Shown here piece by piece: positions 1 to 9,576 of a stretch of 64,000 bases of DNA. This DNA is from Myxococcota bacterium. Its GTDB lineage: Bacteria; Myxococcota_A; SURF-8. The notes beneath the pieces were generated by a model. That model did not search any database, was not told the DNA's origin, and saw only the letters and a program-made list of their open reading frames with translations. The translations under genes and the position numbers were made by a program. Position 1 is the first letter of the stretch. Each line of letters begins with the position of its first letter. The stretch spans positions 1,312,001 to 1,376,000 of the forward strand of contig CAXXQS010000002.1 in assembly GCA_963674735.2 (NCBI GenBank). Reading direction: 5' to 3'.

Positions 1-2
1 GG

Positions 3-377
3 ACCAGTGATTTCAAGGTTCGGGAGTTGGCGGAGCTGGCCACCCGCATTCGGGTGGAGATTCCTTTACGGGCTCCCCTGGACCGCCCTTTGCGCGTGAT
101 AACCAGCAAGGGGTGCACGCTCCGGCTGTTTGCCGGAGGACGATCCATCGAAGGGGAAAGCGGTTGGCCAGGGTTGACGGGAACTCATCAGCCCAGGATA
201 AGCAGCTATCCGCCGGTGGGAGCGGTTGAACGGTTGATTTTCGAGATCGATACCCAGGGCTGCAATCTCGACGTTTTCGATGTTTTCGACCTGCCCGTCG
301 GGCCCGATTTCGAGGTTGGAGAGGAAGGCGAAGCGGAGAGCGCGGGCGGTCTCTTCAATGGACAGCCGCGAAAATAG
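3..377 (+). CDS. 3' end of a hypothetical protein (truncated by window edge)
   Basis: Frame is open from position 3 to TAG at 375-377; codon usage like neighbours; no recognisable motif. Confidence 0.55.
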   Translation, partial: TSDFKVRELAELATRIRVEIPLRAPLDRPLRVITSKGCTLRLFAGGRSIEGESGWPGLTGTHQPRISSYPPVGAVERLIFEIDTQGCNLDVFDVFDLPVGPDFEVGEEGEAESAGGLFNGQPRK

Positions 378-464
378 TTGCAGTTTTTCCGCTAGTGTTT
401 AAAATAAGGGCACTGTGGTAAAAGCGGAATGACTCGCCGCGTTACAAGTATACATGGAGGCATG

Positions 465-3287
465 ATGAAACGGTTCAGCTTGGCGCTGCTCGTGGGTGTC
501 CTTGTTTTAGTGTTGGGTTGCTCGGAAGACGACAGCGTCTCGACCATTGCCTGTTCCAGCAATCTCGATTGTCCGGTCGATCAGACCTGTGTGAGCGGGG
601 TTTGTAAAGACAAGCCCGATTTCAACCCTAGCGATGGCGATATTCCGTCCGATGGCGATGACCCCACTGACGGGGATGAACCTTTCACGGGAGAATGTCG
701 CGAGGATGCGGATTGCGATCCGGGTTACGTTTGCGACGACAATTTTTGTCTTCCCGAAGGTTTGACCGACGGCGACCTCGATGGCGTCGACCCGGATGGC
801 GACGACCCGGACGGGGACGATCCGGATGGCGATGATCCCGATGGCGACGGAGAGGATCCGGACGGCGATCTCGAAGGCAAGGAATCGGATGTGCCCGTGG
901 GACAGCCCTGCGTGGAAAATTCCGATTGCAACGATGGTCTGTTCTGCAACGGTATCGAGCTGTGCGGCGACGATAACCGTTGCATCGTCGGCGATTCACC
1001 CTGCGACGATGACATCGCGTGCACCGACGATAGTTGCGATGAGGCCAACAACCAGTGCGAGCGCATCGCCAACCATCAGCGTTGCGACGACCGCGATCCC
1101 TGCAACGGTCCGGAATATTGCGACCAGGTGCTCGGCTGCCAGGCGGGCGTCCCGCTCAATTGCGACGACGAAATCGCCTGTACGGATGATAGCTGTGAAG
1201 AGGGGGTGGGCTGCAAAAACCTGCCCGTCGACGCCAACTGCAGCGATGGTCTGGATTGCACCGACGGCGTGTGCGACCTGGAAGCGGGCGGTTGCGTGTT
1301 CGTGGCTCACGACGAGCGCTGCGGCGATACGGTGGGTTGTACGGATGACCGCTGCGACCTCAGCGAGGGCTGTGTACACGATCCCAACAACACTCTGTGC
1401 GATGATGGCATCGGCTGCACCACCAATCTCTGCCAGGCCGCTACCGGCTGTACCTATCCGCCGGATCACAGCCAATGCAGCGCCGCCGATCTCTGCGATC
1501 CCGATGGCTTCGGAGCCGACGCCGCTACCGGCTGTGCGCCGCGTCCCGAGTGTGCCAACGACGGCGAATGCGACGACGAAGACTACTGCAACGGCCCGGA
1601 GGCCTGCGTCAACGGCTTTTGCCAGCCCGGTGCTCCGATCAACTGCGACGATAGCGTCGCGTGTACGACGGATGTCTGCAACGAAGTGGCCGAAAGCTGC
1701 GACCATACGCCCGTCAATGCGTCCTGTTCCGACCAGAATGTGTGTAACGGAATTGAAACCTGCGTGGTGGGGGTCGGTTGTGCGCCGGGAACGCCGCTCA
1801 ATTGCAACGACAGCATCGAGTGTACCGAGGATAGCTGCGATCCGGTCCTGGGCTGTATCCATTCGGCGGTCAACGCCTATTGCGACGACAATATTGCGTG
1901 CACCCTCGATTCCTGCAACAAGACCACCGGTTGCATCAATGCACCCGACAACACCTTCTGCAACGACCACGTGCCGTGCACGGTCGATACCTGCAATGCC
2001 CAGACGGGTTGCGAATTTACTCCCAATCACGATTATTGCGATGACGACATCGATTGTACCAGCGAAACCTGTTCGCCTCAATTTAACTGTGACTACGTGA
2101 TGCACAACGACCAGTGCGACGATGGGATCGACTGCACGGACGACATCTGCGAGAATGGCGTCGGCTGCCGCTTCCAACCCGACGATACGGCCTGCACCGA
2201 TCCGCAGGTCTGCGATTTCGAGCTCGGCTGCGTCGATCCTCCCGACTGTGACGTCGATGCCGACTGCAACGACGGCGATCAGTGCAACGGAACGGAAAGC
2301 TGTGTCGACGGTTTGTGTCAGTCCGGTGTGCCGCTCGACTGCAACGACGGGGTTTTCTGTACCGTCGACTCCTGCAGCCCGGCCAACGGCTGTCTGCATG
2401 CGCCCGACCATCAGGTTTGCGACGACGACCAGGTCTGTACGTCCGATTTCTGCGATCTCACCTACGATTGTCAGCATGCAGTGACCAAGGATGACGACAA
2501 CGACTATCACATCGACGACGCCTGCACGGGCGGCAACGATTGTGACGATAACGATCCCGACGTTCATCCGGACAGGGTCGAAATCTGCGACAATGGCGTG
2601 GATGATGATTGCGACGGCAATACCGATCTGGTCGACGACGATTGCCGCCCCTGCGACGGCGAGTGTCCGGCGGGCAAGGATTGTTGCGACGGCCAGTGCG
2701 TCGATATTTTGTACAACAACACCCATTGCGGCGGCTGCGATCTTCCCTGCGGGACGGCCTGCTTCAAGGGCGAGTGCCTCCCGGCCGGTAAGTGCGCCAC
2801 GGCCCTCAAGAATCTCATCACTTCCAACGTGAGCTATAGCAACCGAAGCACCTGCGGGTTGGGCGATACCTATAATCCCACCGGCGGCTGCTCGGTCAGC
2901 GGAACCGGTCAGGATCAGATTTACGCCATCAAGCCCGTTGCGGGCAACCAGATGCAGGTTTCGATGTATCCGGACGGTGAAAGCGTGGAATACGAAGCGC
3001 TCTATTTCCTGACCGATTGCCGCGATATGAACAGCTGCTTCGACTCGCAGACCAGCGGCAACTGGAATGCACTCGAAATCGAATCGTCCACCGGTGACAT
3101 TTTCTTTGCCGTCACCGACTTCCGCCAGTCCCAGTGCGGCATTTACGATTTCAAGGTGGATTACGATTATGACGGTGACTGCCGTCAGGGCGGCCTGATT
3201 CCCTTCGGTGGTCGTTTCGGAGCGCTGGCCGGTTTCATCACGTGGTTGGGACTGGCGCTCATGATCTGGCGTCGTCGTCGCGCCTAG
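465..3287 (+). CDS. Large Cys-rich acidic surface lipoprotein with DGD linker, tandem CDDxxxCTxDxC repeats, MopE-like metal-binding motif and C-terminal MYXO-CTERM-like tail
   Basis: GGAGG RBS at 456-460; lipobox VLVLGC; PDGDD repeats; many CxDxxxCTxDxC units (Dictyostelium CTDC-type); DCDDNDPDVHP...EICDNGVDDDCDG motif; ends GDCRQGG-hydrophobic stretch-RRRRA. Confidence 0.85.
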   Translation: MKRFSLALLVGVLVLVLGCSEDDSVSTIACSSNLDCPVDQTCVSGVCKDKPDFNPSDGDIPSDGDDPTDGDEPFTGECREDADCDPGYVCDDNFCLPEGLTDGDLDGVDPDGDDPDGDDPDGDDPDGDGEDPDGDLEGKESDVPVGQPCVENSDCNDGLFCNGIELCGDDNRCIVGDSPCDDDIACTDDSCDEANNQCERIANHQRCDDRDPCNGPEYCDQVLGCQAGVPLNCDDEIACTDDSCEEGVGCKNLPVDANCSDGLDCTDGVCDLEAGGCVFVAHDERCGDTVGCTDDRCDLSEGCVHDPNNTLCDDGIGCTTNLCQAATGCTYPPDHSQCSAADLCDPDGFGADAATGCAPRPECANDGECDDEDYCNGPEACVNGFCQPGAPINCDDSVACTTDVCNEVAESCDHTPVNASCSDQNVCNGIETCVVGVGCAPGTPLNCNDSIECTEDSCDPVLGCIHSAVNAYCDDNIACTLDSCNKTTGCINAPDNTFCNDHVPCTVDTCNAQTGCEFTPNHDYCDDDIDCTSETCSPQFNCDYVMHNDQCDDGIDCTDDICENGVGCRFQPDDTACTDPQVCDFELGCVDPPDCDVDADCNDGDQCNGTESCVDGLCQSGVPLDCNDGVFCTVDSCSPANGCLHAPDHQVCDDDQVCTSDFCDLTYDCQHAVTKDDDNDYHIDDACTGGNDCDDNDPDVHPDRVEICDNGVDDDCDGNTDLVDDDCRPCDGECPAGKDCCDGQCVDILYNNTHCGGCDLPCGTACFKGECLPAGKCATALKNLITSNVSYSNRSTCGLGDTYNPTGGCSVSGTGQDQIYAIKPVAGNQMQVSMYPDGESVEYEALYFLTDCRDMNSCFDSQTSGNWNALEIESSTGDIFFAVTDFRQSQCGIYDFKVDYDYDGDCRQGGLIPFGGRFGALAGFITWLGLALMIWRRRRA
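789..870 (+). repeat. Imperfect 15-bp coding tandem repeat encoding (DPDGD)n
   Basis: gacccggatggcgac gacccggacggggac gatccggatggcgat gatcccgatggcgac, followed by a degenerate copy. Confidence 0.85.
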
Positions 3288-3297
3288 GAAAATCCGG

Positions 3298-5154
3298 ATG
3301 TATTTTCGTATGACCGGGCTGCGGGGTATCATCCCCGCGGCCTTTTTACTGGCCTGTTTCCTGCTCGGCTGCGCGGGTCGCGGTCCCGGTGTGTGGCCAC
3401 CCGCCGCCGCTTATGCTCCCCGGGCCGAACGGATTCCCGCCGCGGAGGACTGGTGGCAGCGGGCTGCCGGAAGCCTTTTACAGAGTCCGCGTGCGCTGAA
3501 AGACTTGCATCGTGACGCCCGTCTGGCTCCGTTGGCGCGTGAGTTGGCCGAGATCCGACTGACACGCCGCTTGCCCGGCGAATCGCCCGAGCGTTTTCTC
3601 GATAGCCTATGCGCCCGAACCGGGGTGGCGGCCCGACCCGTCAGCGCTGATTGGCGTTTGTTCGACGGTCCGTTGGAGCCGCGTCGCGATCGGGCCACGG
3701 TCTGGTTGGCCGAGACGCTCCACCGCTTCCAATCCCAGGGTTACAGCCATGCCGCCGTTGCCCAGGCGATCGACGGCAAGGGAAATCTGGCGCTGGCGGT
3801 AACGGCCGTCTGGCGCAGTGTGACGCTGACCCGCCCCTTGCCGCGCCGGGTGGAACGAGGCGGGCGGCTGGTATTCGAATCCGTGATCGGGGATGAGGCC
3901 GGGCTGGCCTATCTGATGGCGCAGGCGCCCAATGGGCGGATGGTCGAATTGGCTTTTCCGTATTGGGCTGGGGATTTGCATTTCGCTCTGACACTCGCCT
4001 TTCGGGGTGATTACCGTTTCGAATTGCTGGTGCCGGAACTGGATGGAGGGCGTCGCACGGTTTTGCGTTTCGATGTGGCGGTTGGGCAGTCGGCCCGACA
4101 AAACCCCGTGGTCGCATTGGCCGAGGTGTCGCCGCGCGATTTCGTACGGACCATGGAAAACGCTATTGCCGTACAACGGCGACGCATGGGGAAAGCGGTC
4201 TTGCCGCGGTTGGTGAAGAGCATCGATGCGCTCGGAGTCTGGGTGGGACGCGAGGCCGAAGGGCTGTCCCCGACGATGACGGCTTTCCAACGCACGGTGA
4301 CCTTAAGCGACTACCCTGGCTGGGAGTGTCGGTATTTCAGCACCTATACCGATGATCTCAATGCTTTGGCTGCAGCCAACCTGCTGCGCCCCGCCTATCG
4401 GAGCCTTGCGGTGGCTCGGCGCGCCAAAGGCTATGCCGCCCATGTCTCACCGGTTGGAAGCGGCTATCGTGTGGGGGAGTTGATCTGTGCTTCACCCGCC
4501 GCACCCGCTCGTCCGCTTCTGGATTTATCGCGCTACAGCGAGCGTTATCGCCTGATCGATCATCAACGCGAGGTACTGGCGCGCACATTGGGTCTCGAAG
4601 TCGAAGAGGACGCCGCGACGGCGTTGGCGCGGCTGGAATGGAGCGCCGCGCTCGAAACCATGGATCGTCACGGCGGTCTGCCCGGTATTTTGTTGCAGAG
4701 TCTGCGTGTCGGGCAACAGGAAGACCCGAACTACACGGAGTTCAAGCGTGTGGAATTGGACGAAGCATTCGCCACGTTGTGGCATGCGGCGGCCGTGATG
4801 GAGAGCCGTCTGCCCGTCGGCGACGCCCGCCGCGGAGCGTCCCGCCTGCCGGTGCTGGAGGCGCTGTTGCATCAAGGGCGACCCGAGGCCTATCGCCATG
4901 AGTTGGAACGTGTAAGCACGACCGGTCCGCGATCAGGCTGGGCCGTCACCCGTGTGGCTTTGGGACAGGCTTGGCTGGCGGCCTATCTGGGCGACCCCAA
5001 ACGTGCACTCGAACACCTGCTGGTGGCGATCAAAGGCTACGAAATGCTGCACTACGACCACCTGTTGAAAAAACTGGCCTTGCAGATGGTGTTGCTGGCC
5101 AAACTGGCGCAGGCCAAAGAAGGATCCGACCTCTTGCCGGAAGGGCTTCGCTGA
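3298..5154 (+). CDS. Putative lipoprotein resembling myxobacterial CAP/SCP-domain proteins, with helical C-terminus
   Basis: Lipobox FLLGC; segment LTRPLPRRVERGG...APNG...GDYRFELL resembles the N-part of myxobacterial CAP proteins; CAP motif degenerate. Confidence 0.5.
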   Translation: MYFRMTGLRGIIPAAFLLACFLLGCAGRGPGVWPPAAAYAPRAERIPAAEDWWQRAAGSLLQSPRALKDLHRDARLAPLARELAEIRLTRRLPGESPERFLDSLCARTGVAARPVSADWRLFDGPLEPRRDRATVWLAETLHRFQSQGYSHAAVAQAIDGKGNLALAVTAVWRSVTLTRPLPRRVERGGRLVFESVIGDEAGLAYLMAQAPNGRMVELAFPYWAGDLHFALTLAFRGDYRFELLVPELDGGRRTVLRFDVAVGQSARQNPVVALAEVSPRDFVRTMENAIAVQRRRMGKAVLPRLVKSIDALGVWVGREAEGLSPTMTAFQRTVTLSDYPGWECRYFSTYTDDLNALAAANLLRPAYRSLAVARRAKGYAAHVSPVGSGYRVGELICASPAAPARPLLDLSRYSERYRLIDHQREVLARTLGLEVEEDAATALARLEWSAALETMDRHGGLPGILLQSLRVGQQEDPNYTEFKRVELDEAFATLWHAAAVMESRLPVGDARRGASRLPVLEALLHQGRPEAYRHELERVSTTGPRSGWAVTRVALGQAWLAAYLGDPKRALEHLLVAIKGYEMLHYDHLLKKLALQMVLLAKLAQAKEGSDLLPEGLR

Positions 5155-5233
5155 CGCTTCAGTCATCGGGAATAAACGAATAATTTCGCTTGTTTGATTA
5201 AAGTAAGCATCGCTTCGGAAGCGCTTGGATCTG

Positions 5234-5262
5234 TTGACATCCGACCGGGTTCATGGTATAGA
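5234..5262 (+). promoter_or_regulatory. Sigma70-type promoter of the tol-pal operon
   Basis: TTGACA-17 bp-TATAGA with a TG dinucleotide upstream of the -10. Confidence 0.65.
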
Positions 5263-5319
5263 TGTCCATCTTTCAGGCCGTACAATCCGGCAACGGGTGA
5301 GCAATAAGGAGGATGGGGT

Positions 5320-6057
<738 letters not shown>

Positions 6058-6094
6058 GCCGTCTAGCCGAAACGAGCGACCGGGTAGGTGTACG

Positions 6095-6577
6095 ATGAGT
6101 ATGAGCACAGGCGAGCAGCGCAAAGGGCGGACGACGTTGAGCGAGATCAATGTCACGCCGCTGGTGGACGTGATGCTCGTATTGCTGATCATCTTCATGG
6201 TGACCGCCCCCATGATTCAGCAGGGTGTGGATGTGGATCTGCCCAAAACCGAAACGGTGGAGATCCGCCCCGACGAAGGTAAAAATATCGTTACCCTCAA
6301 CAAGGAGGGCAAGGTTTTTATCGGTGAAACCGAGGTTGCGCTCGAAGAATTGGAAGACAAGGTCCGCTACAACGTCAAAATTCAGAAAGAGCAGGAGATC
6401 TACCTCTATGCCGATCGCCAATTGAAGTATGAGTTGGTGGCGCGGGTGATGGCGATTCTCAAAAAAGCCGGCGTGACGAGCCTCGGCATGGTGACGGATC
6501 CGCTCGACGACATGCTGCCCGCTTCCGACGCTAAAGGCGAGGCGAAGCCCCCGGCCCCCAAAGGGGGGACGAAATGA
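6095..6577 (+). CDS. tolR: Tol-Pal system protein TolR (ExbD/TolR family)
   Basis: SEINVTPLVDVMLVLLIIFMVTAP signature; start moved to ATG 6095 after AGGTG. Confidence 0.95.
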   Translation: MSMSTGEQRKGRTTLSEINVTPLVDVMLVLLIIFMVTAPMIQQGVDVDLPKTETVEIRPDEGKNIVTLNKEGKVFIGETEVALEELEDKVRYNVKIQKEQEIYLYADRQLKYELVARVMAILKKAGVTSLGMVTDPLDDMLPASDAKGEAKPPAPKGGTK

Positions 6578-7341
6578 CGGCGGCTCAGGTGTCGGATGGT
6601 CGGATGACCTACTTCCTGGCCGACACCCAGAATCGGGTCGTCCCTTTCCTGGTGGTGTCGATTCTGGCTCACATCGCCTTTTTCGGTTTTGCCTGGTGGG
6701 AATCGCGCCGCATCGACGATGAAGGTTTGCTCTACAAAAAAGCAATTATGGTTCAGCCGGTGCGCTGGGCGCCCGAGGTGCGGCCCGAACACTGGATGCC
6801 GCGGCTCGAACCGACTGCACCGGAGGCGGAAGCCAAGGCCGAGCCCTTGAAACTCAAGCCCAATCCCAACACTCCGGTGGAAACGAAAGCGCCCGAGAAA
6901 CCGGAAAAGAGCAGCGCTCAGAAAACGAAAGAACGCGAACGACGCATGGCCAAGGCGCTCGATCGTGTGCGCAATAAATTCAATAGCTGGGATGGCAGCC
7001 CCGACGGCGTGAAGGGGGCACCGTCATCGCGGGCCGTGCAGATTCTGGGGTCGGTTTATGCGGGACAGCTGGCCGAATTGTTCCGAGCCAATTTCAATGT
7101 GCCGCGTGTGATTCCCGAAGATGAACTCAAGCGGTTGACCTGCAAGATTCTGATTAAAATCGACCGCAGCGGCGCTCTCGTGAAACACCAACTGATGGAA
7201 GGTTCGGGCAACGCGCTATTCGATTCGTCGGCCATGCGCGCCGTCAAAATTACGCCGCGTGTGCCGTTGCCCGACGACATGCTGAAAAAGCTCGTGTTCA
7301 GCCAAGGTATTCTCATCAACTTTTCGTGGAAAGAATCATGA
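6574..7341 (+). CDS. tolA: TolA/TonB-like energy transducer
   Basis: N-terminal TM with SxxxH (SILAH), Pro/Lys/Glu linker, TonB_C-like C-terminus (GSGNALFDSSAMRAV); lies between tolR and tolB. Confidence 0.8.
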   Translation: MTAAQVSDGRMTYFLADTQNRVVPFLVVSILAHIAFFGFAWWESRRIDDEGLLYKKAIMVQPVRWAPEVRPEHWMPRLEPTAPEAEAKAEPLKLKPNPNTPVETKAPEKPEKSSAQKTKERERRMAKALDRVRNKFNSWDGSPDGVKGAPSSRAVQILGSVYAGQLAELFRANFNVPRVIPEDELKRLTCKILIKIDRSGALVKHQLMEGSGNALFDSSAMRAVKITPRVPLPDDMLKKLVFSQGILINFSWKES

Positions 7342-8669
7342 TGACGATAAAAGGGTTACGTTTGACGGGATATTTGCTGATTTTTCTTTTATTGCCGACC
7401 ACGGCAATGGCTCAGCTCGTGATCGATGTCGATCCGGCGAACTTCCGCAAATACCCGGTGGCGGTGACACCGCTTAAAAATTTCGGTGAAACGGAAGATA
7501 CCGCCGGGCTGGCGGCCGAAGGGCAAGCCATCCTCATGAACGACCTGGCCATTGCCGGTTTGTTCGAAGTGCTCGATCCGAAGGCGTTTCTCGAAGATCC
7601 CAAAACGTCCGGCATCACCGAAGCCACGGTTAATTTCACGCAGTGGTTGCAGGTGGGGGCCGAGGGGTTGGTCAAGGGCGGTTTCTGGATCATGGGCGAT
7701 CGCATCAAGGTGGATCTGCGTCTGTTCGATGTGGCGCTGGGACGGGAGATGCTCAAGAGCGCCTATGAACGGGACGCCGGCGATTTCCGCCGCATGATGC
7801 ATGCCTTCGCCGACGAAATCGTGGGTTTTTTCACCAAAGAAAAAGGGATCTTCTCCACACGTATCGTTTCGGTGCGACGGGTCAACAAAACCAAGCAGAT
7901 TTATGTCACCGACTTCGACGGCAATGGCGGGACGGTGATGGTGGACAACAACAACATCAATCTGTTGCCCACTTGGTCTCACGACGGAAACCACCTGTTT
8001 TTCACCTCCTACATCAACAACAACCCCGATCTTTACCGCGTGAAGGCCAAGCCCGGCGCGAAAATGATCAAAGTATCGAATTATCGCGGGCTTAACGTCG
8101 GTGCCTCGACGTCCGCCGATGGCCAGCGTCTGGCGCTCACCTTGAGCAAGGACGGGAATTCGGAAATCTATGTCATGAACGTGGACGGCAGTCAGTTGCG
8201 CCGGATCACCCATTCCTGGGGGATCGACAGCTCGCCGAGTTGGGCTCCCGATTCCAAGCGGATCGCTTTCGTTTCCGACCGTTCGGGGACGCCGCAAATC
8301 TATGCGGCCACCGTATCGGGGGATGCCGCCATGCGACTGACATTCCAGGGCAACTACAACCAGTCGCCGGCTTGGTCGCCCCGAGGCGACAAAATCGCCT
8401 TCTGCGGACGTGACGAGCGTTTGGTGTTCGATCTGTTCCTGGTCGATCCCGACACGCGCGAAATCGTTCGTCTGACACAGGATCAGGGCAACAACGAAGA
8501 CCCCGCCTGGTCTCCCGACGGGCGACACATCGTATTCAGTTCCACTCGCACGGGTGAGAGCAAGCTGTTTATCATGAACGCGGACGGCACCAACCAACGG
8601 TTGATTACCAAGCAGCCGGGATCGTTTTCCACGCCCGATTGGTCGCCGAGACTGGAGGTGTTGAAATGA
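7338..8669 (+). CDS. tolB: Tol-Pal beta-propeller protein TolB
   Basis: Signal peptide, TolB_N-like domain, repeated SPxWSPDG (PD40) motifs; ATGA overlap with tolA. Confidence 0.95.
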   Translation: MMTIKGLRLTGYLLIFLLLPTTAMAQLVIDVDPANFRKYPVAVTPLKNFGETEDTAGLAAEGQAILMNDLAIAGLFEVLDPKAFLEDPKTSGITEATVNFTQWLQVGAEGLVKGGFWIMGDRIKVDLRLFDVALGREMLKSAYERDAGDFRRMMHAFADEIVGFFTKEKGIFSTRIVSVRRVNKTKQIYVTDFDGNGGTVMVDNNNINLLPTWSHDGNHLFFTSYINNNPDLYRVKAKPGAKMIKVSNYRGLNVGASTSADGQRLALTLSKDGNSEIYVMNVDGSQLRRITHSWGIDSSPSWAPDSKRIAFVSDRSGTPQIYAATVSGDAAMRLTFQGNYNQSPAWSPRGDKIAFCGRDERLVFDLFLVDPDTREIVRLTQDQGNNEDPAWSPDGRHIVFSSTRTGESKLFIMNADGTNQRLITKQPGSFSTPDWSPRLEVLK

Positions 8670-9397
8670 CACGGATATCCGCCCGCCACCTGATGGTTTT
8701 GCTGATGCTGGTTTCGCTGGTTGTCTGGTTCGTGGGCTGTGCCAGCAAGCCCCCCAAGGAGGAACGCGCGGCCGCCGAGCAGGCCTTCAAAACGGCACAG
8801 GTCGCCGAAAAATGCGCCGCCCTCACCTATACCGCTGCCGAAAACGCCCTGCTGAAGGCGCGTCGACTGACGACCGAGAAAAAATACGACGAAGCGCGCC
8901 ATTATTTCGTGGTGGCCAAGGAGCTGGCCGAAAAGGCCCGGCGTGAAGCCGCCGCCAACGAAGAATGCATGAATCCGAAGCCCGTCTCGGCCGGTGCTCC
9001 GGCTGAGTCGACGGAATCGGAGGATGAGCCGGTATTGACGGGGACCAACAACCCGGATTTCGAATTGAAGCCGATCTTTTTCCCCTTCAATTCCGATGAG
9101 ATCACCGAGGAAGCCAAAGCAACGTTGGCGGACATCTCCGCCTGGATGAATCGTTTTCCGGATGTCAGTGTTGCCGTTGAAGGGCATTGCGACGATCGGG
9201 GCAGTACCGAATACAACCTTGCTCTAGGTGAGCGCCGCGCCAATGCCGTGCGTAAAGTCCTGATTCTGCTCAATGTCAATCCCGACAAATTGGATATCGT
9301 ATCCTACGGGGAAGAACGGCCGCTCGTTGACGCCGAAAACGAGGAAGCCTGGAGCCGAAATCGGCGAGCCGAATTTAAAAAACGCTGGAATCGTTAG
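8666..9397 (+). CDS. pal: Peptidoglycan-associated lipoprotein Pal with extra N-terminal helical (DUF4398-like) domain
   Basis: Lipobox FVGC; OmpA_C motif VEGHCDDRGSTEYNLALGERRA...SYGEERP...NRRAEF. Confidence 0.92.
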   Translation: MTRISARHLMVLLMLVSLVVWFVGCASKPPKEERAAAEQAFKTAQVAEKCAALTYTAAENALLKARRLTTEKKYDEARHYFVVAKELAEKARREAAANEECMNPKPVSAGAPAESTESEDEPVLTGTNNPDFELKPIFFPFNSDEITEEAKATLADISAWMNRFPDVSVAVEGHCDDRGSTEYNLALGERRANAVRKVLILLNVNPDKLDIVSYGEERPLVDAENEEAWSRNRRAEFKKRWNR

Positions 9398-9576
9398 AAA
9401 CGATCCGTTTTTTTCAAATCTCGTTGCCACCAGCACCTGTGGTTTGTTAGTATAGCGCACCAAATCGTCTTCGTATCAGCATCAACGGCGAGCTCTTTTG
9501 CGTCGCCGAAACCGAATATTTCCGAATGGCAAAGTCGCTTGGCCAGCGAACGAGCGACGGTGGAAAGGAAGAGTTT

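Noticed and set aside
996-3332. 778-aa antisense ORF, and similar long shadows (7389-8672, 16347-17834, 28496-30430, 52019-53575, 60393-61616)
   Set aside because: They lie antisense to well-supported genes; typical of GC-rich codon bias; no motifs or RBS
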